From a cyanobacterium endosymbiont of Rhopalodia gibba (lineage in GTDB: Bacteria > Cyanobacteriota > Cyanobacteriia > Cyanobacteriales > Microcystaceae), in assembly GCA_045159875.1 (NCBI GenBank), contig CP067995.1, forward strand, positions 864,001 through 928,000: a DNA stretch of 64,000 nucleotides. The letters run 5' to 3'. Positions within the stretch are counted from its first letter, which is position 1. Every line of letters starts with the position of its first letter. A program made the position numbers and the translations under genes. Shown here piece by piece: positions 1-11,533 of the stretch. The notes beneath the pieces were generated by a model. That model had not been told where the DNA came from. It did not search any database and saw only the letters and a program-made list of their open reading frames with translations.

Positions 1-31
1 AGAAAATTTCTATAAGGTACACAATATGTTA

Positions 32-181
32 ATGAATAACCGCAGTCTCACCTTTGGGGGGAAAGATAAACCCGTGTGCTTAGTCATTGTCAAGTTCTTA
101 TGTAAGGAACACGCTATTCTCAAAAATATTCCTAGAATAGCTAAAACTCTCTTGACTAAAATCTTTAGTTCGTTTGATTAA
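32..181 (+). pseudogene. Possible remnant of a MIF/phenylpyruvate-tautomerase-like gene
   Basis: Frame reads NNRSLTFGGKDKPVCLVIVK, resembling the MTFGG-x3-PVCxxxxK segment of cyanobacterial MIF-like proteins. The match is short and lies at the window edge. Confidence 0.25.
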
Positions 182-475
182 GTAAGTAGGTGAATTTAAA
201 AAGATGTCAAATATATTTGAAAATGAATATGATCTAGCTAAAGCAGTTAAACCAAACCTTTATCAAAAACTAACAAAAAAATATTAATTAAAACAACATA
301 TATTTAACTTCAATTATTCAGGCATAGACATATCAAATAGTTTTTGTCTATTTATTTAGAGTCAAATATCCATCATCCCAGCGTCTAATTATTGAAATTA
401 GTCTTAAAAACAAAACAATTGTAAAGAGATTGCTAAGATAAGTTATGGTTAATCCGTTGTGGCTTAGAGTAACTA

Positions 476-1033
476 ATGTTTAAGACTTTCTGGTCATCTA
501 TCTTTTCTCGATTTAATCTGCTTTATCTCATCATTATACTGGCAATCTCATTTTGGTCTATTAGTATCGGTTGGGGAATTACTTACATTTTACATACATT
601 TACCGAAAATACACCTATGGCGATTGCTGCATCGCCTAATGATGGCGTTTCTGCACGATATCAACTAGGAGAAGAGTTTTATCTTAAAACCTGTTCAGGG
701 TGTCATATTGCTTTACCTCCAGAGGTTTTACCTAGTGAAACCTGGAAGGAATTATTAGAAAATTCTAACAAACATTATGGGACTTCAGTTCCCAATTTGA
801 TTCGTCTAGGGCAACTATTGATGTGGGATTATCTGCAAAAGTCTTCCCGAACTCTACCAGCTAAGGACGAACCAATTCCTTTTTATGTGGAACGATCACG
901 TTATTTTAGGATCCTTCATCCTCGGGTTAAGTTTAAGGAAACTGTTACCCATAGAAGTTGTATTATTTGTCATCCAGGAGTAGAAAATTTTGATTTTCGG
1001 ACGTTAACCCCGGAATGGGAAAACTCACCTTAG
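476..1033 (+). CDS. Dihaem cytochrome c (DHC family), N-terminal membrane anchor
   Basis: Two haem-binding CxxCH motifs (CSGCH, CIICH), a PPEVLPSETW segment typical of DHC proteins, and a hydrophobic N-terminus. Confidence 0.85.
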   Translation: MFKTFWSSIFSRFNLLYLIIILAISFWSISIGWGITYILHTFTENTPMAIAASPNDGVSARYQLGEEFYLKTCSGCHIALPPEVLPSETWKELLENSNKHYGTSVPNLIRLGQLLMWDYLQKSSRTLPAKDEPIPFYVERSRYFRILHPRVKFKETVTHRSCIICHPGVENFDFRTLTPEWENSP

Positions 1034-1166
1034 ACAGCAATATCTTTCAGTTCTATCAATGCCCTAAGCATAACACCTAATACCTAATACAATATTTTCC
1101 ATAACATTATTATCAATAAGTATTTTACTATAAACAAAAAGTAAATATTTAATAAAACGTTTGCCA

Positions 1167-1221
1167 AATAATAACAGGTTAAAATATCGTGAGTCCAACA
1201 ATATTTTAACCTGTTATTATT
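1167..1221. repeat. Inverted repeat, 21-bp perfect arms, 13-nt spacer
   Basis: aataataacaggttaaaatat (1167-1187) / atattttaacctgttattatt (1201-1221). Confidence 0.95.
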
Positions 1222-1610
1222 CTTGATATTTAAACTATATAAAACAAAGTTGACAATTATCCAAAATGGTAGTTGCCAGCAGTTGAAATAACAATAATAA
1301 AGACGATGCTGCCCAGATTGTTGATATAAATTATCTACAGGACAAAATACTTCGGTAGAATTGATACAAAATTTGGTATCTATGACACTAGACTTCAATT
1401 AATGCTATTTACAGTCCAAAACTAAAGTTTATTTAAACATTCTACCCAGCTTAAAAATTTCTCTCATATTAAGGCTTATTATTGATAATAATTAATAGAA
1501 TAAGAGTATTTGTAAGAATAGGTTAAACATTCTAAATACTATAAATATTCATCAACATTAGCAGCTGCACTATTGTCTCTCTTTCATTATTTGGTAAATT
1601 TATTCAATAG

Positions 1611-1648
1611 TTAGTATGTCTAGAATTAGAAATTTCTAGACATACTAA
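1611..1648. repeat. Inverted repeat, 15-bp perfect arms, 8-nt spacer
   Basis: ttagtatgtctagaa (1611-1625) / ttctagacatactaa (1634-1648). Confidence 0.95.
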
Positions 1649-2505
1649 TTTGTGGCTATTTAAAAATTTATTAGTGAATACCTTACCTATGTAATTATAA
1701 TAGTTTTACCCTGAAAGTATTTCTTGAACTAAGAAATTTTTATTCCGTCAATTGTTATCTCTAAATAAAAATTAGAACTCGATAAATGGTTTACTTACCT
1801 ATAATTTTTAGTTATATTAATCCACGCTTATTTTCTTGACAGTATGGAGATTATCTCAGATAGTCAACTAAACAAACCTAAAACATTTATTGACAATTTA
1901 TAGTATATCTTTAAATAAGTAGGTGAGATGGAATTAAAAGAGTAAGGACTATCAAAGTTGACTTAAGCCCAGAAATTCTCTCCAAAACACCAACGAGAAC
2001 AGAAATATTATGCTTGAATGCAAGGAAACAGAAATTTGAAGAGAATCTAGATTAGGTAAAACTATAAAAAAATACAATTTAAAAATAATTTCTAGATAGA
2101 TTTTTCAGCAAAGAGAATAATTATGTGATTTTCCGAGAAGTAGAAAATAAAGAATCAAGTGATTTCATAGGGGTTAAAAAAAGAAACACGACTAAATATT
2201 GAGATAAATATTCAAACTGAATACAGGTTTTAATTATGCCTTATCAAGGGGGAGTTTAAAAAAATCAAGCTTGGCATTTTTTTATATAAAAAAGCAGATG
2301 ATATTGAAATATACTGTAAGAATAAAGGAATACATACAAGACTTATTCTTAATAATGACTTAGTGTATACAAGTAGTTTAGTTAAAGTAAAATTCAAATA
2401 ACAAGAATAAAAAGGATTATATATATTTTTTTATCAATTCATATTCATTATTAAACATAATAGAAGGAGAAGGGCATTCTCATTTTAGTTGCTCCCACAT
2501 TTTTA

Positions 2506-4746
2506 TTAACTAACAGCAGAAGGTTGACTTTTAGCAATAGGTAAGGTAAACCAAACTTGACATCCTTTGCCTGGTGTACTGTTAACGCCAATTTTTCCTC
2601 CGTGAGCTTCAATAATTTGACGACATTGATAAGAACCCAATCCAATTCCTGTCCTACGTCTATCGTGTAAACTACGAAGGTATAATCTAAACATTTGATT
2701 ACATTGTTTCTCTTCCATTCCTACCCCATTATCTGTCAAGCAACAATGGATCATTCCATTATTAAATGCTGCTTTTAAAACTAAATTAATTCCGGGAGTA
2801 TTATGTTTAAGGGCATTACTTAAAAGATGCTCAAATACTTGGTTTAGTTGATCAGAATCGGCAAAAACAAAAGGTAAATTATCAGAAATATCTAAGATTA
2901 GAGTAGCTTTATTTTGAATTAAGCAAGATTGCCAACTTTGAGTCAACTTTACAACAATTTCCTTGAGAGAAATTGCTTGCAAATTTATATTCATATTCAG
3001 GGAAAATTCTTCAGCAAAATGGTCTTTGGAGAGGGCATTAATCAAAGTCAATTGGCGATCACTACTTTTAATCATCCGCTCAAGAATACCATGGGAAATA
3101 CTAAGATTTTCTCCTTGACGGTTTTGGAGGTTTTTTAATAACATCAACATGCCCATAATCGAAGTTCGTAAATCGTGGGAAACTGCTTGCAAAAAGACTG
3201 CTTTCATATCATATAATTGCTGCACCTCTTGAATTTTATCTTGTAATTGGTGAGTATGTTCTTGTACTTGTTTTTCTAAATTACTATTAAGTTTTTGTAC
3301 TTTTTGATATAATTTTGCTTGACCCATAGCAATCATCATTTGATCAGCCAATTGTTCTAATAGTCGAACCTCTTCTTTTTGCCAATAACGCCTTTGAGAA
3401 CATTGATGAGCTACTAATAACCCTAAAGGTTGATCATCTACATGAAGGGGAACTACTAAAGCAGCTTTGATGTCGTAGCGTTGGGTATATTGTGCCATAA
3501 CTTCTGATAGATTAACAGAGTCGATGTCAGAAACCATAAAAGTTTGACCTTGGGCAAACAGAGATTGAATATCCGTTAGTAAATCATCCTTCGCACTTCC
3601 TCCTAAAATACTCGAATAGCGAGGTATAACTGACTCAGCTACTACATCAAGTCGTCCGTCATTGTACAGAGTCGCAATAAATACCCGATCAGCATGGATT
3701 AATCCACGAATTTCAGCGACAGTTGTCTGAAAAATCTGTTCCATATCCAAAGATCGACGAATTCGCAAAGCGACTTCTGCCAGCAGATGGTCCCGTTCTA
3801 CAGCGTCTCGTAATTGTTTTTCAACCTGTTGGCGTTCCGTGACAGCCACTGACAAAAGTAATGCTGTGGCACTGACAATGATAATAAAAATTTGTAGTGA
3901 TAAAACTGCTTGGGACAGGTTAGGAGTTTGAATAACAAACGGACCAATTCCTTCAATAGTACCTGCAATCGCTAAAATAGCCACAAAAATATTGGCTAAT
4001 ACCGCTCCCCAAGTCTGAAAACGAAGAGCAGCCCAAACCACTACTGAAAAGGGTAAATACTCTAAATATTGAGCGGTAGTTAATCCTCCTCCTTGTACAC
4101 TAGAAGAACTACCTTGACAAATAAATACTAGCCAACTTAACACCAATAAAAGTCCGCTACAAATAAACAATTCAAGAAGACGAAATTGTTTTTGGCGGCG
4201 TAAAAGTTGATTTCCATGAAATTTGAGGCGTAATAATAAGGGAGCTGTCACCAAAATTCCACTACAATCTCCTAACCACAATAACCACCAACGTTGACTA
4301 AGGTTAGCCGAAGAAAGGTTTCCAGCGACCAACTGAACCAAGGTATCAATTGAGGCATTTAGCAAGGGAGAAATAATCGCTCCCAGAAGGATTAATTCCG
4401 TTACATCTTGAATCCTTGAGAGTTTGGAAGAAAATTTTCCGCATCTTAGCAATCTAACGGCAACAATCCCTGACAAGGTACTACCGAGGGCAGAACTCAA
4501 AGCTACTCCATAATTTTCCCCGAAGGAAACCATTAAGATAGCATCTCCTAAAAAAATGCCAAACCATACCCACTCTCCATAAACCAACAGTGCAGTTATG
4601 GCAATTCCTGCTGGAAGCCATAGAGGAGAAGCTTCTGCTGCTATTCCCATCCATCGTAAACATAACCATCCTCCACTCCAGTAAGAGATCGCTACTAAAG
4701 CAAGTTTTACTAAATTTGAGCGAACAGTAATCTGGGATGAAGTCAT
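2506..4746 (-). CDS. Membrane sensor histidine kinase, MASE1-GAF-HisKA-HATPase
   Basis: N-terminal multi-TM MASE1 region (SPLWLPAGIA, WWLLWLGDCSGIL), GAF domain (LLVAHQC..RYW), H-box VSHDLRT, N-box LLSNALKH, G-boxes DNGVGM and GIGLG. Confidence 0.9.
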   Translation of the reverse strand: MTSSQITVRSNLVKLALVAISYWSGGWLCLRWMGIAAEASPLWLPAGIAITALLVYGEWVWFGIFLGDAILMVSFGENYGVALSSALGSTLSGIVAVRLLRCGKFSSKLSRIQDVTELILLGAIISPLLNASIDTLVQLVAGNLSSANLSQRWWLLWLGDCSGILVTAPLLLRLKFHGNQLLRRQKQFRLLELFICSGLLLVLSWLVFICQGSSSSVQGGGLTTAQYLEYLPFSVVVWAALRFQTWGAVLANIFVAILAIAGTIEGIGPFVIQTPNLSQAVLSLQIFIIIVSATALLLSVAVTERQQVEKQLRDAVERDHLLAEVALRIRRSLDMEQIFQTTVAEIRGLIHADRVFIATLYNDGRLDVVAESVIPRYSSILGGSAKDDLLTDIQSLFAQGQTFMVSDIDSVNLSEVMAQYTQRYDIKAALVVPLHVDDQPLGLLVAHQCSQRRYWQKEEVRLLEQLADQMMIAMGQAKLYQKVQKLNSNLEKQVQEHTHQLQDKIQEVQQLYDMKAVFLQAVSHDLRTSIMGMLMLLKNLQNRQGENLSISHGILERMIKSSDRQLTLINALSKDHFAEEFSLNMNINLQAISLKEIVVKLTQSWQSCLIQNKATLILDISDNLPFVFADSDQLNQVFEHLLSNALKHNTPGINLVLKAAFNNGMIHCCLTDNGVGMEEKQCNQMFRLYLRSLHDRRRTGIGLGSYQCRQIIEAHGGKIGVNSTPGKGCQVWFTLPIAKSQPSAVS

Positions 4747-4961
4747 AAGGACTTAATTTTCCTTGTTAAAACAGCTTAATCTGTCAATAATCTAAGCTAT
4801 CTAAAGGGTGCCTAATTTAATCTTCTTTTTACTTCCTCCACCTGGGTGAACTCCCAGTAAAACCAAGAAAATAGGGAAAAAGCACCCCAAAGTATTTTCT
4901 GAATTTTTTTAGTATAATTTATATCTTGATTAACAAACCAAGTTACATAAATTTTCTATAA

Positions 4962-5612
4962 GTGTCGGATGAATCTAAAATGCGAATTTTAATTGTAGAA
5001 GATGATCCCCTAATGCAATTGGGCTTAGAACAAGCTCTCAGTGAATATCCTGATTTTGAGATTATTGGGCAAGCTGATGATGGTTATGTCGGAGTTCAAC
5101 AAGCTTTAGAGCTACAGCCTGATTTAGTGGTTATGGACATTGGACTGCCTCGCTTGGATGGAATTGCTGCGACAAAACAGATTAAAGAGAAATCACCGCA
5201 AATTCACGTAGTAATTCTTACCTCTCATACACTACAAACTGAAGTTATTGCCGCTTTATCGAGTGGAGCTGATGCCTATTGTATTAAAGGGGCGAGTTTA
5301 GAACGATTATTAGCTGCTATTGAAGCAGCTAAAGATGGCGCAACTTATTTAGATCCCCAAATTGCTCGATTAGTGTTAGATAATTTAAAACTACCCACCC
5401 CAGAATTAAACCAAAATATTGCTTTACTTTCTGAGAGAGAATTAGAAGTTTTAAAGTTAATTGTTGAAGGAAAAAGTAATAATGAAATTGCTGAAGACCT
5501 CTATCTTAGTGCCAATACAATTAAAACCCATGTACGGGGAATTATGAATAAATTAGCAGTTGATGATCGAGTACAGGCTGCTGTTGTTGCTTTGCGTTCT
5601 GGATTAGTTTAA
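4962..5612 (+). CDS. NarL/LuxR-family DNA-binding response regulator
   Basis: Receiver domain (ILIVEDD, VVMDIGLP, YCIKG) plus LuxR HTH (LSERELEVLKLIVEGKSNNEIAEDLYLS). Divergent from the kinase gene. Confidence 0.93.
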   Translation: MSDESKMRILIVEDDPLMQLGLEQALSEYPDFEIIGQADDGYVGVQQALELQPDLVVMDIGLPRLDGIAATKQIKEKSPQIHVVILTSHTLQTEVIAALSSGADAYCIKGASLERLLAAIEAAKDGATYLDPQIARLVLDNLKLPTPELNQNIALLSERELEVLKLIVEGKSNNEIAEDLYLSANTIKTHVRGIMNKLAVDDRVQAAVVALRSGLV

Positions 5613-6576
5613 AATTACTTTTAAAACTTGTAGAATTTATTTTTCTAAAAACTTTTGCTAACAAGAACAAAGTACTATGATTTGATTTGAATATTAAGTA
5701 AAAAACAAATTAAAACTTAAACCTACAAAGAAATATTTACTTCTCCTCGAAGTAGTTAGAGACCCCCTAAATATCACTATGTCATATCTGATTATACTTA
5801 CTTGGTGGTTTTATATACTACTAACGTTCAGCAATTACTAGATCATGATTTTGATATAAAAAGCCGTTATCAAAAAATAGGATAGAGTTTAAACAATTTT
5901 TAAACAAGGTAATATAGAAAATAAATCTTTGAATTAATTACCTTTAATTATTCTCCAATACAAATTGATTCATTCGTCTCAGTGAAATGATTTTTTAAAG
6001 TCTTCCAATATTAGTAATACCTATGTATATCATGTAAAAAGACTTGTTCACCTAACTATTTTTTTATTAACCCTGTCAAAACAGAAACTCTCAACAGATT
6101 TGGTATCATTATTTAGACCTTAGTCCATTTAGTTTGTAAAAATGATCAAATTTTACCTTATTTTATTAGAAACAATATTACAGTTCTTAGTATTTGAAAT
6201 ACAAGTCAAGGAAATACTAGCAGATATCGTTATTAACGAGTCAGGGTTTTAATTAACTTTAAATATACTAGATAAGCTTTTATCATTCCTAGTTCAAAGA
6301 GATTATTAAATTAGTACAAGAACATATCAATCCATAGTATGAATTTTAGATCGCTATCGAGTTCAATTACAGTATCAGTAAAAATTAGGATACAGTAGTG
6401 TGCTTACAAGAGAACTCCAGCATAAAAAAATTGAGTAGTGGATTAGAAAGTTAACTGAGTACTATAACATCTCTATGGATTTAAGGTCAGATAGCATTTA
6501 ACAATGTCTTGACTTTAAAAAGCATAGTTTTGTTTATATATAAGTCTCTACACTAATTTAAATAATTTTTAAAGCC

Positions 6577-6819
6577 ATAAAAGGACTCTGGCTAGAAAAT
6601 AATCAACCAATAATATACACAGATTTACCTACTCCTGAACTATTTTTAGTAAAAACATTAATTAAGGTTCTCCAAGCAGGCATTTGTAATACGGATTTAG
6701 AATTAACTTGGGTTTGTTGTCCTTATTGGGGGATAATTGCTCATAAATTCGCAGGAGTGGTTGGGGAGGGACTCTTTCATCATCGTTTTTACGATTTTTC
6801 AATTTTGTTTAAATATTAA
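6577..6819 (+). pseudogene. 5' fragment of an MDR/zinc-dependent alcohol dehydrogenase-like gene
   Basis: Translates IKGLWLENNQ...IKVLQAGICNTDLELT...PYWGIIAHKFAGVV. Start codon reads ATA, the GHE Zn-ligand motif reads AHK, and similarity ends after about 65 codons. Confidence 0.8.
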
Positions 6820-7431
6820 GAGTCGGGTGAAATGTACCATTTTTTTTCCAGATTTTAGAATCTAGTATCCTTCTCTGTTAGGACTATAACCATATGGAGC
6901 ATTCTCTGTTTTTAGCTATCTCTTCCAGCCTTATTCCGAATAATGCTTTTTCTAGTTTATTTCCTGTTTAATATTTGTAAGTTATTTTCTAGTTATTTTT
7001 AATTTTTTGACATATATAACTGGCTATACTACAGAGTAACATTGTTCCCTCATAATCGAGTCATCTTTGTTTTAAATTTGAGCATTACTTGACCGAGCAT
7101 TGCCCCTTAATTTTACTCTTTTAGTCACAAATCTAAATTTCTTGAATAAATTCGAAACAAATAATATATTCCAAGTGTTAATGTCTTTCTCGTACTATTC
7201 TAAGCACTTTTTGGCATAAGTCATAGCTATAACGTGCCAGCATAACTAATAGTGCTAACTGAATCATTCAATTACTTCTTTTTAAGAAAGAAACTGCCTT
7301 AATATTTTTGCATTATTTTATTTCACTACAAATTCTAAAAAATAGATAAATAAAACAGTGCCAAATTTATCTTAACCCTACTTTTTAACAAGATATCCTT
7401 GACACTGCTCTATTTCAATTTTTATCGTATT

Positions 7432-8874
7432 CTAACGTCCTCTATGATGGCCGACTGTCTTACGATCTAATTTTTTTCCTGAGTTAGTACGACGGGGTTT
7501 AGAATTGTCTTTGCGACTCTTACCGTTAATAATTGGTTTAGATATTCCTGCTTCGGGGACTTCCCAGTCAGTTTTCATCCAATTGGGGCAGTCTTGATCA
7601 TAAACCATCTGTAAAGCCGCAGCAGCTATGGCCTGGGGATCATATTCGTCGCTAAGTTCCCGCACAATAGGTAAAAACGAAGCCATCCGCTCCCCTGCTA
7701 AGGAATCTTGGATCTGCCTTTGTAGTCTTTCTAGTCGCTTAGCTTCCACTTGAGAGCGATTAGGAATACTACACAATTCTATTTGTTGTCGAATTCGCCG
7801 TTCAATCTGACGTACCATGCGGCGGTCAATTGGTTCAACTAAGGATATTGCTGTCCCTTTTTTTCCTGCTCGGCCTGTTCGTCCAATCCGATGAATATAA
7901 GTTTCTGCATTATCTGGCAAATCGTAGTTAATAACGTGGCTTAAATTCTCAACGTCTAACCCTCTTGCCGCAATATCCGTAGCCACAACGATCCTAATTT
8001 TACCATTTCTAAATCTATAGACCAATCGTTCTCGTTGAGACTGACTTAGATTACCATGGTATTCGTCAACACTTTGCCCGGCTTCTTGTAACTTGCTGGT
8101 AAGTTCAGAAGCTGTCTGTTTAGTCCGAACAAAAACAATGGCTGTTTCAGGGACTTCAATTTCTAAAATTGGTTGTAACGCCTTGAGTTTTGACCAACCG
8201 CGAGGAACACCATAAAGATGTTGCTCAATTTTATCAGGTGCGGCTTGAGGCTGGTCTACAGTCACTGTAACGGGAGATTTGAGGAACTGGTTAACTAATT
8301 CTCGGATTTCACGCGGCATAGTTGCTGAGAAACAAGCTGTGTTGCGTTGGTCGGGGGTTTGCTTTAAAATTTTCTTCACATCGTCGATAAAGCCCATGCT
8401 GAGCATTTCATCGGCTTCATCGAGAACAGCCCATTTTAAATTATCTAAAACCAACTTTTTGCGATCTAATAGATCGATAACCCTTCCTGGAGTTCCAACA
8501 ACAATTTGGACGCCTCGTTGTAAACTCCGAATTTGTCTGTCAATCGATTGACCTCCATAAACAGTTAAAATATACAGTCGGCGTTCAGTCGAAAAGTCCT
8601 TAATAGCAAGGGCAACCTGTTGGGCAAGTTCACGGGTTGGGGTTAAAATAAGCGCCTGTATGTTGGAATTGTTTATATCAATCTGCTCCATAATGGGCAA
8701 GGAATAAGCTGCCGTCTTTCCTGTGCCTGTCTGGGATTGTCCTAGAATGTCATGTCCTTCCAGAATTAAAGGAATTGCTTTAGTTTGGATCTCTGTTGGA
8801 CTCGTAAAACCTAGGGTCTCTAATTTATTAACACGGTCTTCAGAGAGTCCTAAGCTATTAAAGGAAATGGTCAT
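7432..8874 (-). CDS. crhR: DEAD-box RNA helicase CrhR
   Basis: Motifs SQTGTGKT, PTRELA, TPGR, DEAD, SAT, ARGLD, HRIGRTGRAG. Cyanobacterial C-terminus (YDPQAIAAAALQM). Lies directly downstream of rimO. Confidence 0.93.
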   Translation of the reverse strand: MTISFNSLGLSEDRVNKLETLGFTSPTEIQTKAIPLILEGHDILGQSQTGTGKTAAYSLPIMEQIDINNSNIQALILTPTRELAQQVALAIKDFSTERRLYILTVYGGQSIDRQIRSLQRGVQIVVGTPGRVIDLLDRKKLVLDNLKWAVLDEADEMLSMGFIDDVKKILKQTPDQRNTACFSATMPREIRELVNQFLKSPVTVTVDQPQAAPDKIEQHLYGVPRGWSKLKALQPILEIEVPETAIVFVRTKQTASELTSKLQEAGQSVDEYHGNLSQSQRERLVYRFRNGKIRIVVATDIAARGLDVENLSHVINYDLPDNAETYIHRIGRTGRAGKKGTAISLVEPIDRRMVRQIERRIRQQIELCSIPNRSQVEAKRLERLQRQIQDSLAGERMASFLPIVRELSDEYDPQAIAAAALQMVYDQDCPNWMKTDWEVPEAGISKPIINGKSRKDNSKPRRTNSGKKLDRKTVGHHRGR

Positions 8875-8979
8875 AAGAAATGTTAGTTAGTAACTTAACT
8901 GCGAGATTAATTTAATAGAAAGTGAAAAGTGATTAGCAATCTTTTCCCTAAGTAGGAAAAGCTTATGGTGTGTTTTCGA

Positions 8980-10323
8980 TCAAGAATCTATTTCTAGAAC
9001 ATCGTGTTGTTGCACAACTTTTCCATATAGATCGTAGGTATCAGCATAGGTAATTTTAACAGACGCAATTTCGTTTAAGAGAGCTTCTCCTTGAATATAA
9101 ACAAGACCGTCGACTTCTGGAGCAAACCGCGAGGAACGTCCTATTTTGTCCTTAGTTTGAGGATTTTCTTGCTCAATTAAAACGTCAACAATTTTTCCAA
9201 TATAATCTTGATTTTTTTTGAGAGAAATTGGCTGTTGCACCTGCATCAAAATTTCTCGTCTTTGTTGGGCTATTCCTGACGGAACTTGATGGGACATGTG
9301 ATAAGCAGGAGTTTTTTCCTCTGGAGAAAAGGCAAATACTCCAACGTGATCAAATTCATGATATTTAACAAAATTAACTAAATGGTCAAAATGTTCATCT
9401 GTTTCTCCTGGAAAGCCCACAATAAAAGTTGTTCTCAATACGGCTCCAGGAATGGAGCTCCTGATCCGTTCAATGATGCCATCATTGACATGTTCTTGCC
9501 AAGGACGATTCATTGCTTTCAAGATAGCCTGATGGGAATGTTGAAAAGGTACATCGAAATAGGGTAGGATGTTTTGGGTGTCTCCAATTGCATCAATCAC
9601 ATTACTGGTGAGTCCTGTGGGGTAGGTATAATAGATCCGAATCCAAGGAATGTCTACTGTCCCCAAAGCCCTCAATAATTGGTCTAGTCTGGGTTCTCCA
9701 TATAAATCTAATCCATAATTTGTGGTGATTTGGGAAATCAATATTAATTCTTGTACTCTTTGCTCGGCTAATTGTTGTGCTTCGGCGACAATCGACTCAA
9801 TAGAACGTGATCGTTGACTTCCTCTCAAGTGAGGAATGATACAAAATGTGCAATGGTAATCACACCCTTCTGCTATCCGCAAATAGGCCACCCCTTCAGT
9901 GGTTGTACGGTAGCGAGGAACTGTTTCATCCGCGATGAAAATAGGATTAACCGAGACCTCTTTAACTTTTTTTCCTGTTTCCACCTGTTGGATAACATCA
10001 ACAATTTTTTGATAGTCTCCTGTTCCTATTACAGCGACGGCCTCAGGAATTTCATCAAGAAGTTCTAGCTGAAAATGTTGCGCCATACAGCCCGAGATAA
10101 TAATTTTTTTCTTGGCTTCGGCTAATTCTACTAGTGTACGAACTGACTCTTGGCGAGCCTCTTGTATGAAACTACAAGTATTAACAATCACGTAGTCTGC
10201 TAATTCTTCACTACTATCTATTTGATAGCCTGCCTGCCCCAGCAAGCCCAGCATATGTTCAGAGTCAATACGGTTCTTTTCGCAGCCTAAGTGAGAAATC
10301 GCAATAGTTGGCTTACTGCCCAT
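8980..10323 (-). CDS. rimO: Ribosomal protein S12 methylthiotransferase RimO
   Basis: [18 protein letters not shown], radical-SAM motif [12 protein letters not shown]-domain APEVDG. Confidence 0.95.
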   Translation of the reverse strand: MGSKPTIAISHLGCEKNRIDSEHMLGLLGQAGYQIDSSEELADYVIVNTCSFIQEARQESVRTLVELAEAKKKIIISGCMAQHFQLELLDEIPEAVAVIGTGDYQKIVDVIQQVETGKKVKEVSVNPIFIADETVPRYRTTTEGVAYLRIAEGCDYHCTFCIIPHLRGSQRSRSIESIVAEAQQLAEQRVQELILISQITTNYGLDLYGEPRLDQLLRALGTVDIPWIRIYYTYPTGLTSNVIDAIGDTQNILPYFDVPFQHSHQAILKAMNRPWQEHVNDGIIERIRSSIPGAVLRTTFIVGFPGETDEHFDHLVNFVKYHEFDHVGVFAFSPEEKTPAYHMSHQVPSGIAQQRREILMQVQQPISLKKNQDYIGKIVDVLIEQENPQTKDKIGRSSRFAPEVDGLVYIQGEALLNEIASVKITYADTYDLYGKVVQQHDVLEIDS

Positions 10324-10776
10324 GAATTACTGTTCGGTTACATCCCATTGTTGTACACTCGGGCTATAAACCACGCTAATCTTTCTGTGTAGCCTAATGG
10401 CTATAGTCTAGAGTTCAGGTGTGGATTCGCCCCCATTCATCTATTAGTTTATCTTAACAGATTCTATCCAATAAAGAAAGTAGCTTGGAGAAAATTTTGA
10501 GAAACTCTTGACTCCTACTTCTTCAAATATTTTAGAGGTAGGCATAATTTGATCTGATTACATGATTTTTGTTCATATTTAAAGATAATTTTGATTTCGA
10601 GGAACAAATAAAAATGACATCGCAGCCAAAATTAGGATACTCGACATGAGATTAGCTCTCGAAAGTTGAACTAATTTGATTAATGGCTCCTGTTACTTTT
10701 CTGATATTTTTGGAAATGCTGTGACTGTAATCATAAGGAAATTTAGTCGTTCAACTAGATGTGTAGATGTGCAATA

Positions 10777-11040
10777 ATGACTGTTTAATACTTCCCCTAA
10801 TCTAATTTCAGTCCATGAATTAACAGTTTTTAAGTAAACAAGGTTTTTGGGTCAGCTTAAACAATTTCAATTTAGCGGTTGATTAGTACCAGTCACCTCT
10901 AAAGAAAAACAGTATGGTTTAGGTCCCTATTATTAGGACAAATAATTAATATATTCCATCGAGAGGTTCTCATTCTTTCAGATGTCAGGAAAAATATATT
11001 GCGGTTCATTTGCATCAAAATATTTTCCATTCGTATAGCA
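10777..11040 (+). pseudogene. Probable 5' remnant of a PatA-family (PATAN domain) response regulator
   Basis: Frame with stops reads VHELTVFK*TRFLGQLKQFQFSG*LV...GSHSFRCQEKYIAVHLHQ, resembling the LKQxxFSGQL...GTHPVRRW N-terminus of cyanobacterial PatA-like proteins. Confidence 0.45.
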
Positions 11041-11533
11041 CAATTTAAACTTTTATTAAGTTCGTATATTCCCGTTTTATTTAGTCGGGTTTCTTTTTCT
11101 TTCTCTATGAAATTATTTTGTTTGTTTCTTTCTATTTAGCTAAAAATCTCATAATTTTTCTTCCCTTTCAATAATTAATCTAGAATAATCTTATCTACTT
11201 ATATTACATGGATATGAAGTTCAATCAATCTTGATAGGTGTTTATCTAAAATTAATCAATAATTATTTATTAACCTAATTACTATAATTGTTTATGTTTA
11301 AAACGGTTTTTACAAATTATTTGCTCTTACACAATAAAGAACATAAAATTCAATAGATATTTCCGTATTTAATATTAGATTTTTGCCTAATTATTATCGT
11401 TAGCTGTCTACTTTTATAAGTAACAAGTAATATCTTAGGAATCAAGTAAAAAAAGTATTCTCATGCTTATTTTTAGATGTAGATATTTTAGAGGGGGATT
11501 ACTTGGTTTAGTTTCTTCCATGAAGTCATTCAA

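Noticed and set aside
1084..1398. 104-aa minus-strand ORF
   Set aside because: No recognisable motif, composition biased to AT-rich codons (Y/L/N/I), and it spans a palindrome. Probably spurious or a decayed remnant.
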